A stretch of 63,985 nucleotides of DNA, counting the filler, from Octopus bimaculoides (lineage: Eukaryota), in the NCBI RefSeq assembly GCF_001194135.2. It is 7 parts of 7 records of this genome, joined end to end, with 100 filler letters (N's around TTAATTAATTAA, not from the genome) between each part and the next. Parts side by side here need not be neighbours in the genome. Positions count along the whole stretch, not along the records: positions 1 to 23,982 come from NC_068986.1; positions 24,083 to 26,541 come from NW_026356611.1; 5 more parts are not named here. One strand, 5' to 3'. The notes under the pieces were generated by a model. That model searched no databases, was not told where the DNA came from, and saw only the letters and a program-made list of their open reading frames with translations. A program made the translations under genes and the position numbers. Shown piece after piece: positions 12,690 through 25,564 of the stretch. How positions within the stretch are numbered: position 1 is the first letter of the stretch; each line of letters starts with the position of its first letter.

Positions 12690-12870
12690 GTTGTTATTCG
12701 GCTCTTTACTTTCGGAGTTCAAGTCCCACCGACCTCATCATTGCTTTCATCTTTTCGGGGTGGATAAAATAAAGTATCGGTTAAGTACTTGGGGTTGGTC
12801 TAATCGTTTAACCTGTACCCCACCTTAACATTACTGGCCTTGTGCTAAAATTTGAAACCAATTTTATTAT
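12690..12870 (+). mobile_element. Old copy of SINE family B
   Basis: ggagttcaagtccc B box, then gctttcatcttttcggggtggataaaa, similar to 40278-40495. Confidence 0.65.
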
Positions 12871-14740
12871 AACTGTTGGGGTTTATGGCTGACAAAGTAA
12901 TTACCCAAAACACTCGAATACAGATGACTTAATGCAGTTTGAAGTTTCACCTTACTCTGATTGACAAGGAGGGTGTATTTTTAAAACAAGAATTTTGGGT
13001 GGAAACGCCACAACACACCTCCAAAAGGAAAACCGAAAAATTACAAAGTACATTACACAGAAAATGCTAAGAAAAAATTATGCGAATCTAATTGCAACGT
13101 AAAGTATTTATAACATGCACGAACAGGGAAAAAACACAGTCATTTTAACTCAACGGAGAAGAAATCAACAACTGTATGAATTCATATCTCCCTTCGGATC
13201 TGATCAGAAGCAACGATAAACTGATTTTTGCTAACGTTTGCAACAGAAAAACTCTTCGCATGAAACATTTCCCCCAAGAGATCAAAAGTTTGGAAGTATT
13301 TTGTGCCCCGACCTGAGGCCAGTCTGCCACAAGTGATTAGGCAGGCCGTGAGAGAAGAAAACCTGTTGTGTCTATGACAAGTCACAACATATTTTCTGAT
13401 CTCATCCAAACATTTGGAGACAATTCTGGCAGATAGCTTTAGTGTGATTAGAAACGGAGGGCATGCGGCACTGTATGTCATTGTCAGAAGATAAGCCAAA
13501 ATAGTACGTGGGACACCAGCACATAAGCTGGTTCAACAATATTTAAGGAGGAAAACATAAAGGCCACAGTCAGGGAAATTGGTGATGATCAGTGCACATG
13601 AAACATTTAACCATAGGTAGTTAAGTGGGATTACGATTAACAAACAAATATTCATGAGAATCAAAACTATGTATTCAGCTTTTGAGGCAAACCAACCAGA
13701 AGTTGCATATGCAGAACCTGTTTCATATGCGGAAGTAAAACACGTATAAACGTTTACTGCGCAGAATATTTTTTTAAATTAGCAACAACAACAAATCATT
13801 TTGTTATTTGTCCAATCCAGGTGTAGTCCTTCGGCGAAATAAGGCATATCTAGTGAGCCAACAAATAAAACTCTTCTGTGCTCATTACCAGAAGCGAGCT
13901 ATGAGATGCAACCACCACCACGCTCCGGCGAAGTTGAGGAAAACCAACTACAGTAACAACAGTAACTAACTGAAAAAGACCAGAAATCTCTTCCTCATAG
14001 CAGCAGCAGCAGCAGTCCATCTACTTATGTGGATGATAACCTAACTGTGATAGTTTGATTAAATCATCCCCTAATAATTGCTGGCCTTGTGCCTAAATCA
14101 GATACCGTTATTATTATGTTGCGATTTTGATACTATAGCAAGGACAATGGTTAATAAAATATATGCCCTGGGGTGATTTTCCTGTTATAGGTTAGCTTCA
14201 TTATTTCTTTGGAGAAGGATAAGAAAGGTCCTTAATAGTGCATATTTTTTTTTATTTTTAATCATTTATTTTTTCTTTCTTTTTCGTAAAAATTGACATA
14301 ATAAACGTGATTTCCCATAGCTTCCTGAACAGTCTTAAAATTTCATAAGCTCTCAATTTTTCCAGGTACTTTACTATATCTGTATATGCTAAGAATGCTA
14401 AATTAAGGCTACTACTAAATAAGTATGAGCGGAATTTAGAACCAATTGCAAAGATCAAAGGAATAGGAAAATCGCTAAATGATTGGTTACTCAGCAATTT
14501 CTATCGTGAAGTTAAATACACCAGGGTTTAAATTAGATGATTTACCATTTTCCATTTTCTCGCTTTGTGTAGTTCTGTCGCCTCGGAGATTACATTCCTG
14601 CACGACATGAAACAATATGAATGATACGGCAATTGCTTCGCAAGCAGTAAACCCCAAATTATTACAAATTACTAAGTTAGGCACGATATATGCATATACC
14701 TTTGTACATAAATAGATATGCATGTATATATATACATATA

Positions 14741-14789
<49 letters not shown>

Positions 14790-15334
14790 GCGCCCACACG
14801 CATATATATGTATATGTTCTACAGACTGCTTGAAGCTTACTAACTTCCTATACCTGGATCCTTAGCTCTCACCTTTACATATAAATTATGTATATGTATG
14901 TGAATACATATATATATATACATACACACATATATATGCATTTAACATTTATCAGTGTTTCAGTTGAATTTTCTTCACTAGATTTACTTCTATATGCCTT
15001 AGTAGCCCTTGATGTTAATTTCGAGCAATAACGGTACAATTTTATTAAACATCTGATAAAAATCTCGGACTCATCTTGAAGAAAAAACGATGGTGCAGAG
15101 AAGCTCTTGAAATATTAATTACGCAAAGGAACATAATTCATATAAGCTATGTCTTATATGAGTGATTAAAACATAAGCATTGATACCCAGGATTCACTTT
15201 TTTGTCATAAATGTCAATACTATACCCATTTCTTATTGAACATATGGGACGATAGATGGCACAAGTGATACAATATTATATTTATGTCTCTATTATAAGC
15301 TCAAATCCCGAGTTCGATCAAATAAATTAGCAAC

Positions 15335-15450
15335 TGTTTGGTTAAGAAGTGCGCTTGGAAACCACATCGTTCTCGGTTGTGTCTCTCTAAGCACTACATT
15401 GGCAATTGTCTTCTACCACAGCCCCAGTTAGACTAATGTTTTCTGAATGA
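15335..15450 (+). mobile_element. Degenerate head of SINE family A
   Basis: ggttaagaagtgcgcttggaaaccacat..ttggcaattgtcttctac resembles 40985-41150. Confidence 0.6.
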
Positions 15451-18400
15451 CATTTTGGTATGCATGCATGTATGCATATATGTACGTACCTATGTGTGTG
15501 TGAGTGTGTGCACGCGCGTCTTATTATAATTCATCAGTGAGAATACCGATAAATCGCTATTTTAAAACGAAGTGATGTGTATCTCGCCCGAATTACGTTG
15601 TGAAATTCATGATTAACCCGGTTGAAACTTGTAACAAATGATGCTGTTGTTCACCAAATGCGATATAAATTTTTTAAAATATGCAATAGGAATTGATTTA
15701 CCCGATCTAACTATCCACAAAAACATATTTATGATATTTATGGCATTGTGCCTATGTATGTAACTATTTTAGCTTTGATAACAACCTAATTTGGCGAAAA
15801 TCCTAAATTTTTAGATAGCCTCCCAGATAGAAAATGGAATTCGGTTTCACTGTTGATTATAACCAGTTCCCTTGTATAGAAATGAAAGCGTCGAAGTATG
15901 GAATAAAATGATGATGTGGTCTTGGGATTTGCAGTTGTTATTAATGATAAAATGAATTATGAAACAATTATTTTATTAAAGCTTCTACAAGTTAATTAAA
16001 TATGAACATCTCCGTTTGTAATGTTTTACAACTGTTCTCATGCGTTGCTTGTTGCTGTCACAATGTGTTATTATATGAAGCAAGGTGGTAACATTCGATA
16101 GTATATGGAACTTTCCTTTGAACGTCGGCGGTTTATATTCTTTCTTCTTCCCTGTATTCCATCAGCTCCAAACATTCCTGTTGTATGAACATATTCATTT
16201 AAATCGGTGTAGGTAGCATTAATAGTAACTCGGTTGGATTTCATAGCTTAGGTTATTCAAATTCCATTCACTGGCATAAAATAGTTAAAATGAACGCTGT
16301 CCAGTGAATTTTCCCTGAAAGTGCTGGAGGTGCTTCATGTATAGCGACTACAATGACTCCCCTACGACACTACGATTCGGTGGCAATCGCTAATAAATAA
16401 GTAAAAAGTAAAAGAAAAAGAAAATAGTTTATACGTTATTTCTGATTCAAGTTTTGAAAGTACATATAGAGACAAGAAAAATTTACAACTTTAATCTTCA
16501 TAACAATTTCAATAGATGATGCACACCGTCCAGATCGAAACTTGGCTGCATCGAGATCAGTGGTAATGATTGTGTCAAAGCGTCGGACAAAATCCTTTAC
16601 TGTACTTAATTACTGACTTTTGCTTTCTGAATTCAAACGTTACCCAAATTTGACTTTAGTTGTGTATTTTCAAGGCCTTTATAGAAAAACAAAAGTTATT
16701 TGGTGGTGAGAAATTAGCAGTTGTGGTAATGCAGGATTAAATATCTAATCCTGCGCTCTGTGTTCAAACCCTGCCAATATCAAATTTACCTTTCGCATTT
16801 TCATGTTTGATAAAATAGAGTAACAGTCTAGGACATTTAATTAGCGGAATTTTTAGAGCGTCTGATAAGGGGTTATGTGGTATATTTTCTGGTTCTTTAA
16901 CTTCTGAGTTCATGGCTGGTTTAACATGAACTTGTCTTTAGGTATTCTTAGCAGAGTTGCAAACATTTAGGCCTGAAACCTCTTTATCTCGTTCAATCTG
17001 TAGAAGTAGCAGACAAATCTCTCTTAAATCACACCCTACTATCTCTCAAAGACATATTGGATAATGTAGTCCTAAATGTACTGTGTCTGAAAGGTAAAAG
17101 GGGTCGATTTGGTTACGGAAGGTCAATTCTTTTGATCAAAGACAACATGAGGTTATATAGAAAAATACAAGCCAAACGAGGAAAACTTAGTAACCCTTGA
17201 CCTACCGAATTTCAAGCAGCGAGTTTACAAAATATCGATTCAAGGCAGCTTCGGTACTGGTTGTATTAGTCATCGTCGCTATCGATTTGTTCAAAGACAT
17301 TCCAGTTATGACTTACTCTTAGGAGAATTAAGACCCTAGATTACATTATGCAATGTGTGATTGTTATTGCTTTGAGTCCAGGTCTTCTCAAATTGAGCAG
17401 ACATTTGATCAAACAACGGTAATACTTGTGTGACTAACTTAATCTGTTATTTAGTGTCTTTAGCGAGCATTGGAACCAAGTCTCCAGTTTAGGTATAGTG
17501 TTTTCCCTAATTGCGCCCACCTATTTCAGAGGCCCTCAAAAAAGAGTCATGAGCGCTTTTCTTCCCTCTTTCTTTATGCAGTATAAAAACGAATGATGTG
17601 TTCTCGACTCCATTACCCAGCGTATTCTTTTTAAGAGAGTAGGGTGTGGTTTGAAGGAAAGTTGTCTAGTATTAGGTGCAGGTCGAGAAACAAAAAATCA
17701 CAAATTAAAAACTTTAAAAAAACATATAAATTTTTCTCTTAAATCTTACAGTTCTTTTCATTAGACACAATGTAATCCTATTTTAAACGGAAGGAGTTCT
17801 GTCAATACACTTGACATCACTATTTTCTCAGCTCAGGAGTTCTGGGAAGTATGATCTAAACTTAAGTTTTAATTAAACGTAGTAAAATATACACTAGTGG
17901 CGCTATCATTTCTTTCATTCAATATTCTTCATTTACATTTCTGATTTTAAACCGTGATCGATAAACTTGCTAGACATAGCAACCAAATATTCCACAAATG
18001 AAACAAGGAAGTACCTATTGAATAATACAGTTCTAAATACATATAAAAGATGGGATAAGATTTTTGAAATTTTATGAAAACAGGAGAGAAAAATGGCGAT
18101 AAATTGGCAGATTCAACAGAGCATCACATAGAGTATCTTGCAATATTAATTGTAATGCTTCTTTGTTCTGAGATCAAATTACACCGAGGTCAACTATCAA
18201 TGAATAACGGAACCATTTCTTCTCTTTCCTGCTCTGTCTCTCTCTCTGTATGTGTCTCTGTCTCTTTCAGGAGTGGATACACTGCCCTGTGAGGGAGAGG
18301 GGCATGGGAGTATACTCACAGTGTCTGCGATATCAAGGAGGAATAAGTGATATACCTCTAACATAATGACATTTCGAGTGAGATTGAAAGATTATTTTGA

Positions 18401-19656
18401 AATTGCAGAGGTTAATGAGAGGAAATAATAAATATCGTTAAAAGAACTCTTTTTCGATATAAAGGAGCATAGAAAATGGGTAGATAAATCTTCATTTAGA
18501 AAACATTCAATAGATGATGAAAGTCAACCATCTTGAAAACCGTACGAAAAGAATGATCATCATCGAACGTTTGCCTATTTCCAGGGTAAAACTAAATTTC
18601 TTTGTTTCAAAGTTTGTCAGAATTTTATAGATGATGGGCGTAGGTCATTGCTTAATTTATCATTACAATATGGCCTTTGTATAACTTTTGTGGAGACTAT
18701 TTTATAGCATGAATTCGGGCCAGATCTTCGGTTTGAGTATTCGGAGATTTCTCCTGCTCTTCTCACACTAACATCCCCAGTCTTGAAGACATTTTAATGA
18801 AATCATGAGATCTACTAAGACGAGAAAATTAAATGAATATCATGTAGAAATTTTGAATGTGATAAAATAAGACAGAAATGAAAAAGGAACACCGAAAACT
18901 TAGTTGCTGATTTATTTATTTTGTGTATAACATTCTACCTTTATGATTTAAAAAGAAAAACAAAAATATTCAAAATGATTTCCAGTGCGATTTCCCCCCC
19001 ACCCACCAAGAAAATAAGCCGATTTATTAAGCAGAAAAAAAAAGAAAAAAAAATTAATAAAAACGAACAGAAAAAAACAACAAAATATCCCTCCAATTGT
19101 TTTGCTTGAGAAAAACCAATTTAATATAGATCTTATTGAAACCTCATCTGAAATTCGGATCAGTAGATGTTTGTTCTCTTAATAATAACAATTAAGAAAC
19201 AATACAATAATGCAAGAAGTTTAAACACTTAATATATTAACCTTTTTTTTTTCATACATTATTATCTTTTTTTAGTCTTAAAATTTATCCTGCAAACCAT
19301 TCGGTGGAATCTTCTGGCGATGACAATATTTTTACATGATATTTTTTCCCTAGATTTTGAGAATGAATTATTTTTGCGAACTTTTAATTGAATATAGAAG
19401 ATACAGAGTGAAATCTTTATAATTTTACTCCCACTCTTACTTGGTGAAAGGATAACGGGCCTGGAAAAACAAGGAATATAAGCAGCAACTCGTTCTGAAA
19501 GAAGACTCAATAAACCATTTATCACTAAAACCCTTAGGAAAGTAATAAACGAGTTTCCATATATATTCATTTCTCCTTATTTTTTAATTTGGTTTTTCAA
19601 CAATTTCATCTCATGTATGTACAATCTGGTCAATGTGGAATTTTTTTACGTCACAG

Positions 19657-19667
19657 AAATTTCTCAG
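19657..19667 (+). other. Candidate 11-nt microexon AAATTTCTCAG, or the 3' end of a longer exon
   Basis: Acceptor tttttttacgtcacag and a perfect donor CAG|GTAAGT at 19668. Confidence 0.3.
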
Positions 19668-20105
19668 GTAAGTCTTCTTAGGTCGTAAGACTGCCTTAAA
19701 CTGACTTTGAAAAGCCATCAACGTTGTATGTCATATACAAATATTAGTTTTAAAAGTCTGATTTTAAATATTGTAAAATTTCGCTATAATTAGTCAATAT
19801 AACAGAAGAGAGAATGCAAAAGATGCAATAAATTTAAACAGAAGTCTTGAACATAAGTCTCACATTTGGATAAATGTGTTTCAAAATTTACAAAATAAAA
19901 ATTTAGTTTATATACTTATTTAAAAAAATCGAATCCATTCAAGATATGGATTCTTTTAATAATTTACAATAACCATATATCATATTGGAAGGGGTAACGT
20001 TCACATTGCTCTCAGTTATAATTATTGGTTAACCTCATAAAATCCCTAATAAAGCGGGCCAGCGCTCAGAGACGTTTTATCAGTGACCATTCTCTCTTTA
20101 TTCAG

Positions 20106-20235
20106 ACATGGTGTATCTTGGCCCGTCAAGATCCACATTATACAATGTGGATCTCTTGAATTCTAGTGGGTTGTGCAGCCACCTAGAGACTTTGTTTATT
20201 GATACTATCACCGTAAGTGGGCCTACTTCAAACAG
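20106..20235 (+). other. Candidate exon (130 nt, or 107 nt using the internal donor at 20213); open in one frame
   Basis: Acceptor tctctctttattcag and donor CAG|GTGAGT. Frame reads MVYLGPSRSTLYNVDLLNSSGLCSHLETLFIDTITVSGPTSN; no homology recognised. Confidence 0.3.
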
Positions 20236-22526
20236 GTGAGTCATAATTACGATCTGCCATGTGCTGAGTTTATGGTTTACCTTGGTCTGATCTTAGTTGG
20301 AAGTTTTGAAACTAAAGCTTCTTTACGTTTAGGCATACTGCCTAGAATTGGCTCAAGTGTAGAGAATGAATGAGTTTTCTCTTAAAACAATTTGCCTATA
20401 TATATACATATTATATATATATATCACACATTCCAATTTTCACAAATCGTTTAAGTCTGAAAGTTTGACGAAGGCAAGCAGGCCAAAACTTCGGAGTCAC
20501 CGTCAAGCTTATGCTAGAAAAAGTTTCATAAATATATACTCAACTAAAAGTATGAATTATTCTTTCAGTTTAATATTGAATTGTTTTTTTTTTTGTTTCT
20601 TTTTTTCATAAATACTTTTACAGAAAAACACTTTTGTGTGTGTGTCTGCGTGTGCTTATCCTTACATAGTCACTAATCACGTTGTTAATGGATTAAAAAA
20701 TAACAAACGAATGCGCAGCCGGATTTAGATTTATAAACATACATATTTTCATCAAATTTAAAATGAAATTTATATCGTTGCAGTTCAGGATGATGAGTTT
20801 ATAGTTATTTGATTTAAAATTAGTTTAAATGAAACTAACAGAAATTATTAAACAGATGCAATTTTTACTATCGCTTTTTCTTTCCTTTCTTTGGCTGCTA
20901 AAAGTAAAAGTCTTAAGTGATTTGGTAGCTCATGTGTGGACGTAGGGAGAAAGAATTGAAGAAAAGAATAAGAATTGCAATTTTTAACAGAAAAAATCAT
21001 AGGCGCCGCTCTCAGTTATTAATTTGTAATACAAAATAAGGAATCCTTTTAAAATAAATTGCCGAAGAATTATGATCTAAGATAATTACCAAACCTTCTG
21101 TCATATATATGCTAGGAAGAAAATATAAACTAACTAAATGAATGTTTAAAACAAGAAATAAATGCACATAATCATAAATTCATCTGAAAGTGCAGCTAAT
21201 AAATACCGAAAATAAATGTCTCCCAGTTTCATTGTTCGAATATGCATTATTTCATCAATTTACTTTTCAATATTCATCGTATCTTATCTCAAGGTACGAA
21301 CATATTTTTTAAATAAATGAAAATATACAAAATAATGTATATAAAATTATCATTAATTTACGAGAAGGTAAGAGATAAATATTAAATTTGACTAGGCTCA
21401 AAACCTCATTCAGATTTATAAAGACGAGAAAACGGATGTTTTGATGTTTATGCCAGTCCCGACGGTATAGGCAAGTAGTCTCGTGGAGTATTATAGCTTC
21501 AACGCAGACAATGAAACGAAAATGATTCGCAAATCCATCTCGTCGTCAGCTTTTTAAAAAATTTACTAATACAAACTTCACAGCTTACATATTCAATGTC
21601 TCATTTTCCCTTCGGGTTGATCTTAATATTCAATACATCTTATTTTTAAAAAAATCAGAAATTAAGTTTATGTGTGACTAAAAAAAAATATATTTTAACG
21701 TATAGTTTTTCTTATATTTGGAAAAACAGAAAGAGAGCAGACATTTCCACTACTGAAACACCCGTTGGCCCTATAACATTCACCAAGTAATATTTATACT
21801 TCAACCAGAATCATTTGTCATCCCACTATACTTGCAGCAGTGGAGGGATTCATCGTCCAAGGATTATTGGTCAAGTAAACAATCTAATAAAGGTTGATTA
21901 TGTCATAATTTTTCAGTTTCAATAGATTTTGTTTTAGCTTATTTTTTTCACATTTCATCGGAAGAACAGAAAATAAAATAAAAATATTACGAATGTATTT
22001 TTCACATAGATTTCTTCCTCATTCTTCACAGTTATTTTTCTTCTTAATATAAGTTTATTTAAATTTTTAATGCATGTTGTTTTATTTAATTGTTGTGGTT
22101 GTGTGTTTGATTTTGATGGGGTTTTATAATGTTATTTTTCCAATTTTTTACAATAAAAAGAAATTAAAATACTTGGTCTACGAAAATCTTCGAAGTTTCT
22201 GTTATATTTTTGTTCCACGAATATCTTGAGCCTCAAAATATTCTCTTTTCTTCCTTTCATTTTCAATGATATCGTTATGTCTTCCTTCCTATAATATACA
22301 CATGTTTTTTCTTTCTTTACTTCTTTTTGGTTCGAAGACGTTACATAACAAGTACGTAATAAAAATTAAAATCATTGTGTCCTTATGCCATGAATTTGGT
22401 CAGCCATTTTAGAAGCATTCTTAAATGTAACCCTAATATTTATGCCCCTGCTTTCTCATACTTCGGTCCCTTTTGTTCAACTCCCCTTTGAAATATCTGC
22501 TGCAGCAGTTTACAGGGTTATTGTTG

Positions 22527-22590
22527 CTATCTTTTCCGCCTCTTCCTCCTTTTCCACATCGTCATTAAGCGATTGTTTCCTACATCTGGT
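22527..22590 (-). CDS. Candidate alternative terminal exon PDVGNNRLMTMWKRRKRRKR*
   Basis: Acceptor TGTTTATTACAG. It is in frame if spliced from the weak donor AC|GTAAAG at the end of the 23727 exon. Confidence 0.2.
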
Positions 22591-23650
22591 CTGTAATAAA
22601 CAAGCAGCAATGACGATGACAATATTTTGCTGACATTTCTCTTCTTTCATTTGTCTCTCTCTTTCGAGCAAATTTAATTTTAGCTTTCCAGATGGTGTCA
22701 CCAATCTATTTATATATTTTTTATTGCATTGAATTGTTGTTATCTGGAATGTCCTAGGTCCGATTTATTTTGTTTGCACTATTATCATTATTGTTACTAG
22801 CATCATCATTTACATACAGCAATCAAATAAGTACAACCGATTAGATAAAAGAAAATCAGTGGTGAGGTAAATTTAGAAAAACAAACAAAAGAAAAAGAAT
22901 CGTAAAATAATACAATGTAGAAGGGTGAAGAAATAACGAAGCAAAACAAATGGATTTACAGTTTATATATTCCTATGTATGATTTTTGTTCAGACTTTCG
23001 CTGCCCATGTCAAGAACGTTTTTGTTTTGAGATGATAGCTGTAGATTGGAAATGACTACTAACGAATGTTAAATGCATTAATTTGACTGGCTGAATGAAT
23101 AGGCTTCGTTTTATTATCATTATTAATATCATTATTATTATTTTATATATATATATATATATATATATNNNNNNNNNNGTTGAATATTCAGAATTCAGTT
23201 CTTTTCAATATTTTGCTTAGTTTATTAATATCAAGATTTTATTGAAATCAAATCTGATATGGCGTTTATTTTTAGCAATTAACGCTGTCGTAATAATGTT
23301 GCATTTTTTCCGATAATTAAAGAAAATATAATAGGTTGTCGCTGTTATTATCATCGTTGTTCATTTTTATATTTCTTCCGTTTTCAGACAATCCAGAGTA
23401 TTGTAATTATTATGATTTAGGTTGTTTATTTTGTATTTTGTTTTTTTATTTTTTCATTCATTCAAACTATTAAAAATATTCTTGTTTGTTTTAACTTTGT
23501 AATAACAGAAAATAGGACCTCAGGATTCGTCAAAATATTGGAACTTGGTCAAAAACCATCAAAAGAGACTTCAGTAGAACAACATGTTATTTCTGGAGAG
23601 GAGACTGTAGAGTTACTTTAAATATTTCAAGCAATAAACAAACAATTTCT

Positions 23651-23727
23651 TTACGTCTTCGATGAACTGGCCACGGAGCTGACCGGATCACCAGGTCGGA
23701 TTGACGGCGTGTAATAGTACGGCGAAT
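23651..23727 (-). CDS. Candidate terminal coding exon (x)SPYYYTPSIRPGDPVSSVASSSKT*, resembling the last exon of Pax2/5/8
   Basis: Strong acceptor TTTTTATTTTTAG and a GC-rich island in AT-rich DNA. Phase-1 entry, SPYYY[S/T]xxxR and 24 residues to the stop match the vertebrate Pax2/5 last exon as recalled. No paired box is present in this window. Confidence 0.45.
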
Positions 23728-23940
23728 CTAAAAATAAAAAACAAGCAAGAGAAATATTATTTCAAAATTACATTGAATTATATTGAACATGCGCAAACAA
23801 GAATAAAATTGTTTTATACGGACTTTGTATTAAGAATTTACAAACACTGTTCTTGAAAAATACTGCTTCCATAAGGACCATGAAGCACCTAAGACATTTA
23901 TAAACATTTAACAGACATGTAAAGATTGACACATATATGA

Positions 23941-23982
<42 letters not shown>

Positions 23983-24910
23983 NNNNNNNNNNNNNNNNNN
24001 NNNNNNNNNNNNNNNNNNNNNNNNNNTTAATTAATTAANNNNNNNNNNNNNNNNNNNNNNNNNNNNNNNNNNNNNNNNNNNNGAAACTTTTTACTTAAAA
24101 TATTGCAGCAAAGAATGCCAGTTCTTGTAATTGATAACTCTTTACAGTTCTCATCTTTTAAACTTTATTGTACAAAACTGTTCAGTTAATTTGTAAGTTT
24201 GTCTAATTAGTCACTTTTTCTGTATTTAAGGTAGTAAATTAGCCAAATTGTACTTAAATAAGTATAGTGTTATTTGTAAACTATAACAAAATAAGTTCCA
24301 ATATTCAAATTTGAATTTTAGCTATAATATTTTAAGCAAAACGTTTCTTATTCTTTACTGTACAAGTAGTAATAGCTTGTCCTGTACTTTTACAGGTGTA
24401 ATCACTTGTCCTGTACTTTTCCAGGCTTATAATCTTAAGAATATTACTTTTCATGCTCGCATTTTTCCATGTAAGCCGTGATTTTTCCAGGCATTGCTGT
24501 TATAAGATAATTAATAGTGTGTCAATTAATAATTTAAGATTTTACCTTATAAAATACTGAAAGGTAATATATCAGTTTTCCATGTAAATGATAATATTTC
24601 AATTATTTGTTTAATTTAAATATATGTAGTGATTGAATTATTTGATATTACCCATCCTTGCAGCATATTTGGAAGTCAGGGTACTTAATTAATTCGACGC
24701 AAAAAATCATTTTTTTTTTCTTAGTGAAAATCGTACAGGTGTTAATATATAGAAATTTACCATAGTGTTGTTTCTTAGACTCGAATCAACCCTGATACTG
24801 CGAACATAAAATACAAAATTTTGTCAAAAACGTTAAGAGTAAACCCTGTTCTATATGACACATTCTACCACTATGGAAAGTTTGATAGTGTTGAGTTTGA
24901 AGAAACTTAA

Positions 24911-25020
24911 TTAGATAATCTGTCCACCTCGGCGAAATTTGAACTCAAAACTTAAGACACACGAATTACCACTAAGCAAATCGACAGTCACGATAACGGT
25001 TCTGCCAGCTCACCACCTTA
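24911..25020 (-). mobile_element. Old head of SINE family B
   Basis: Reverse complement of ggtgagctggcagaaccgtt...ttgagttcaaatttcgccgagg. Confidence 0.65.
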
Positions 25021-25329
25021 GAACGTAAGCATTCATTTTAGAAATATATTCTTTATTCTTATTGCTTAGCGTTACTTCCTTACTTCTTTACTTACAACAT
25101 TAAATTTCGTAACATTTTACCGCATAACTGTTTTTCTACTAANNNNNNNNNNNNNNNNNNNNNNNNNNNNNNNNNNNNNNNNNNNNNNNNNNNNNNNNNN
25201 NNNNNNNNNNNNNNNNNNNNNNNNNNNNNNNNNNNNNNNNNNNNNNNNNNNNNNNNNNNNNNNNNNNNNNNNNNNNNNNNNNNNNNNNNNNNNNNNNNNN
25301 NNNNNNNNNNNNNNNNNNNNNNNNNNNNA

Positions 25330-25545
25330 TATATATATGTAAATATTTGTGTGTCTGTGTTTGTTCTCCCAACATCGCTTGACAACCGATTCTGGTGTGT
25401 TTACGTCACAGACATTTAGCAAGAGAGACCAATAGAATAAGTCCTAGGCTTACAAAGAATAAGTCCTTGAGTCGATTTGTTCGACTGAAGGAGGTGCTCC
25501 AGCATGGCCGCAGTCAAATGACTGAAACAAATATAAGAAAGAAAA
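25330..25545 (+). mobile_element. SINE family A, 3' half, with an internal deletion
   Basis: catcgcttgacaaccgat...ggtgctccagcatggccgcagtcaaatgactgaaaca. Confidence 0.9.
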
Positions 25546-25564
25546 GAAAGAATATGTATATATA

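Noticed and set aside
19262-19570. 102-aa minus-strand ORF (MNIYGNSF...)
   Set aside because: AT-rich, no recognisable domain, weak start context; a length expected by chance.
20106-20235. Assigning this exon to RALBP (DTITVSG resembles ETITVGSG, and it is phase-compatible with 43081)
   Set aside because: It lacks the GG.VP..(F/Y)Y and VEYEI motifs expected in that exon. The similarity is too short.
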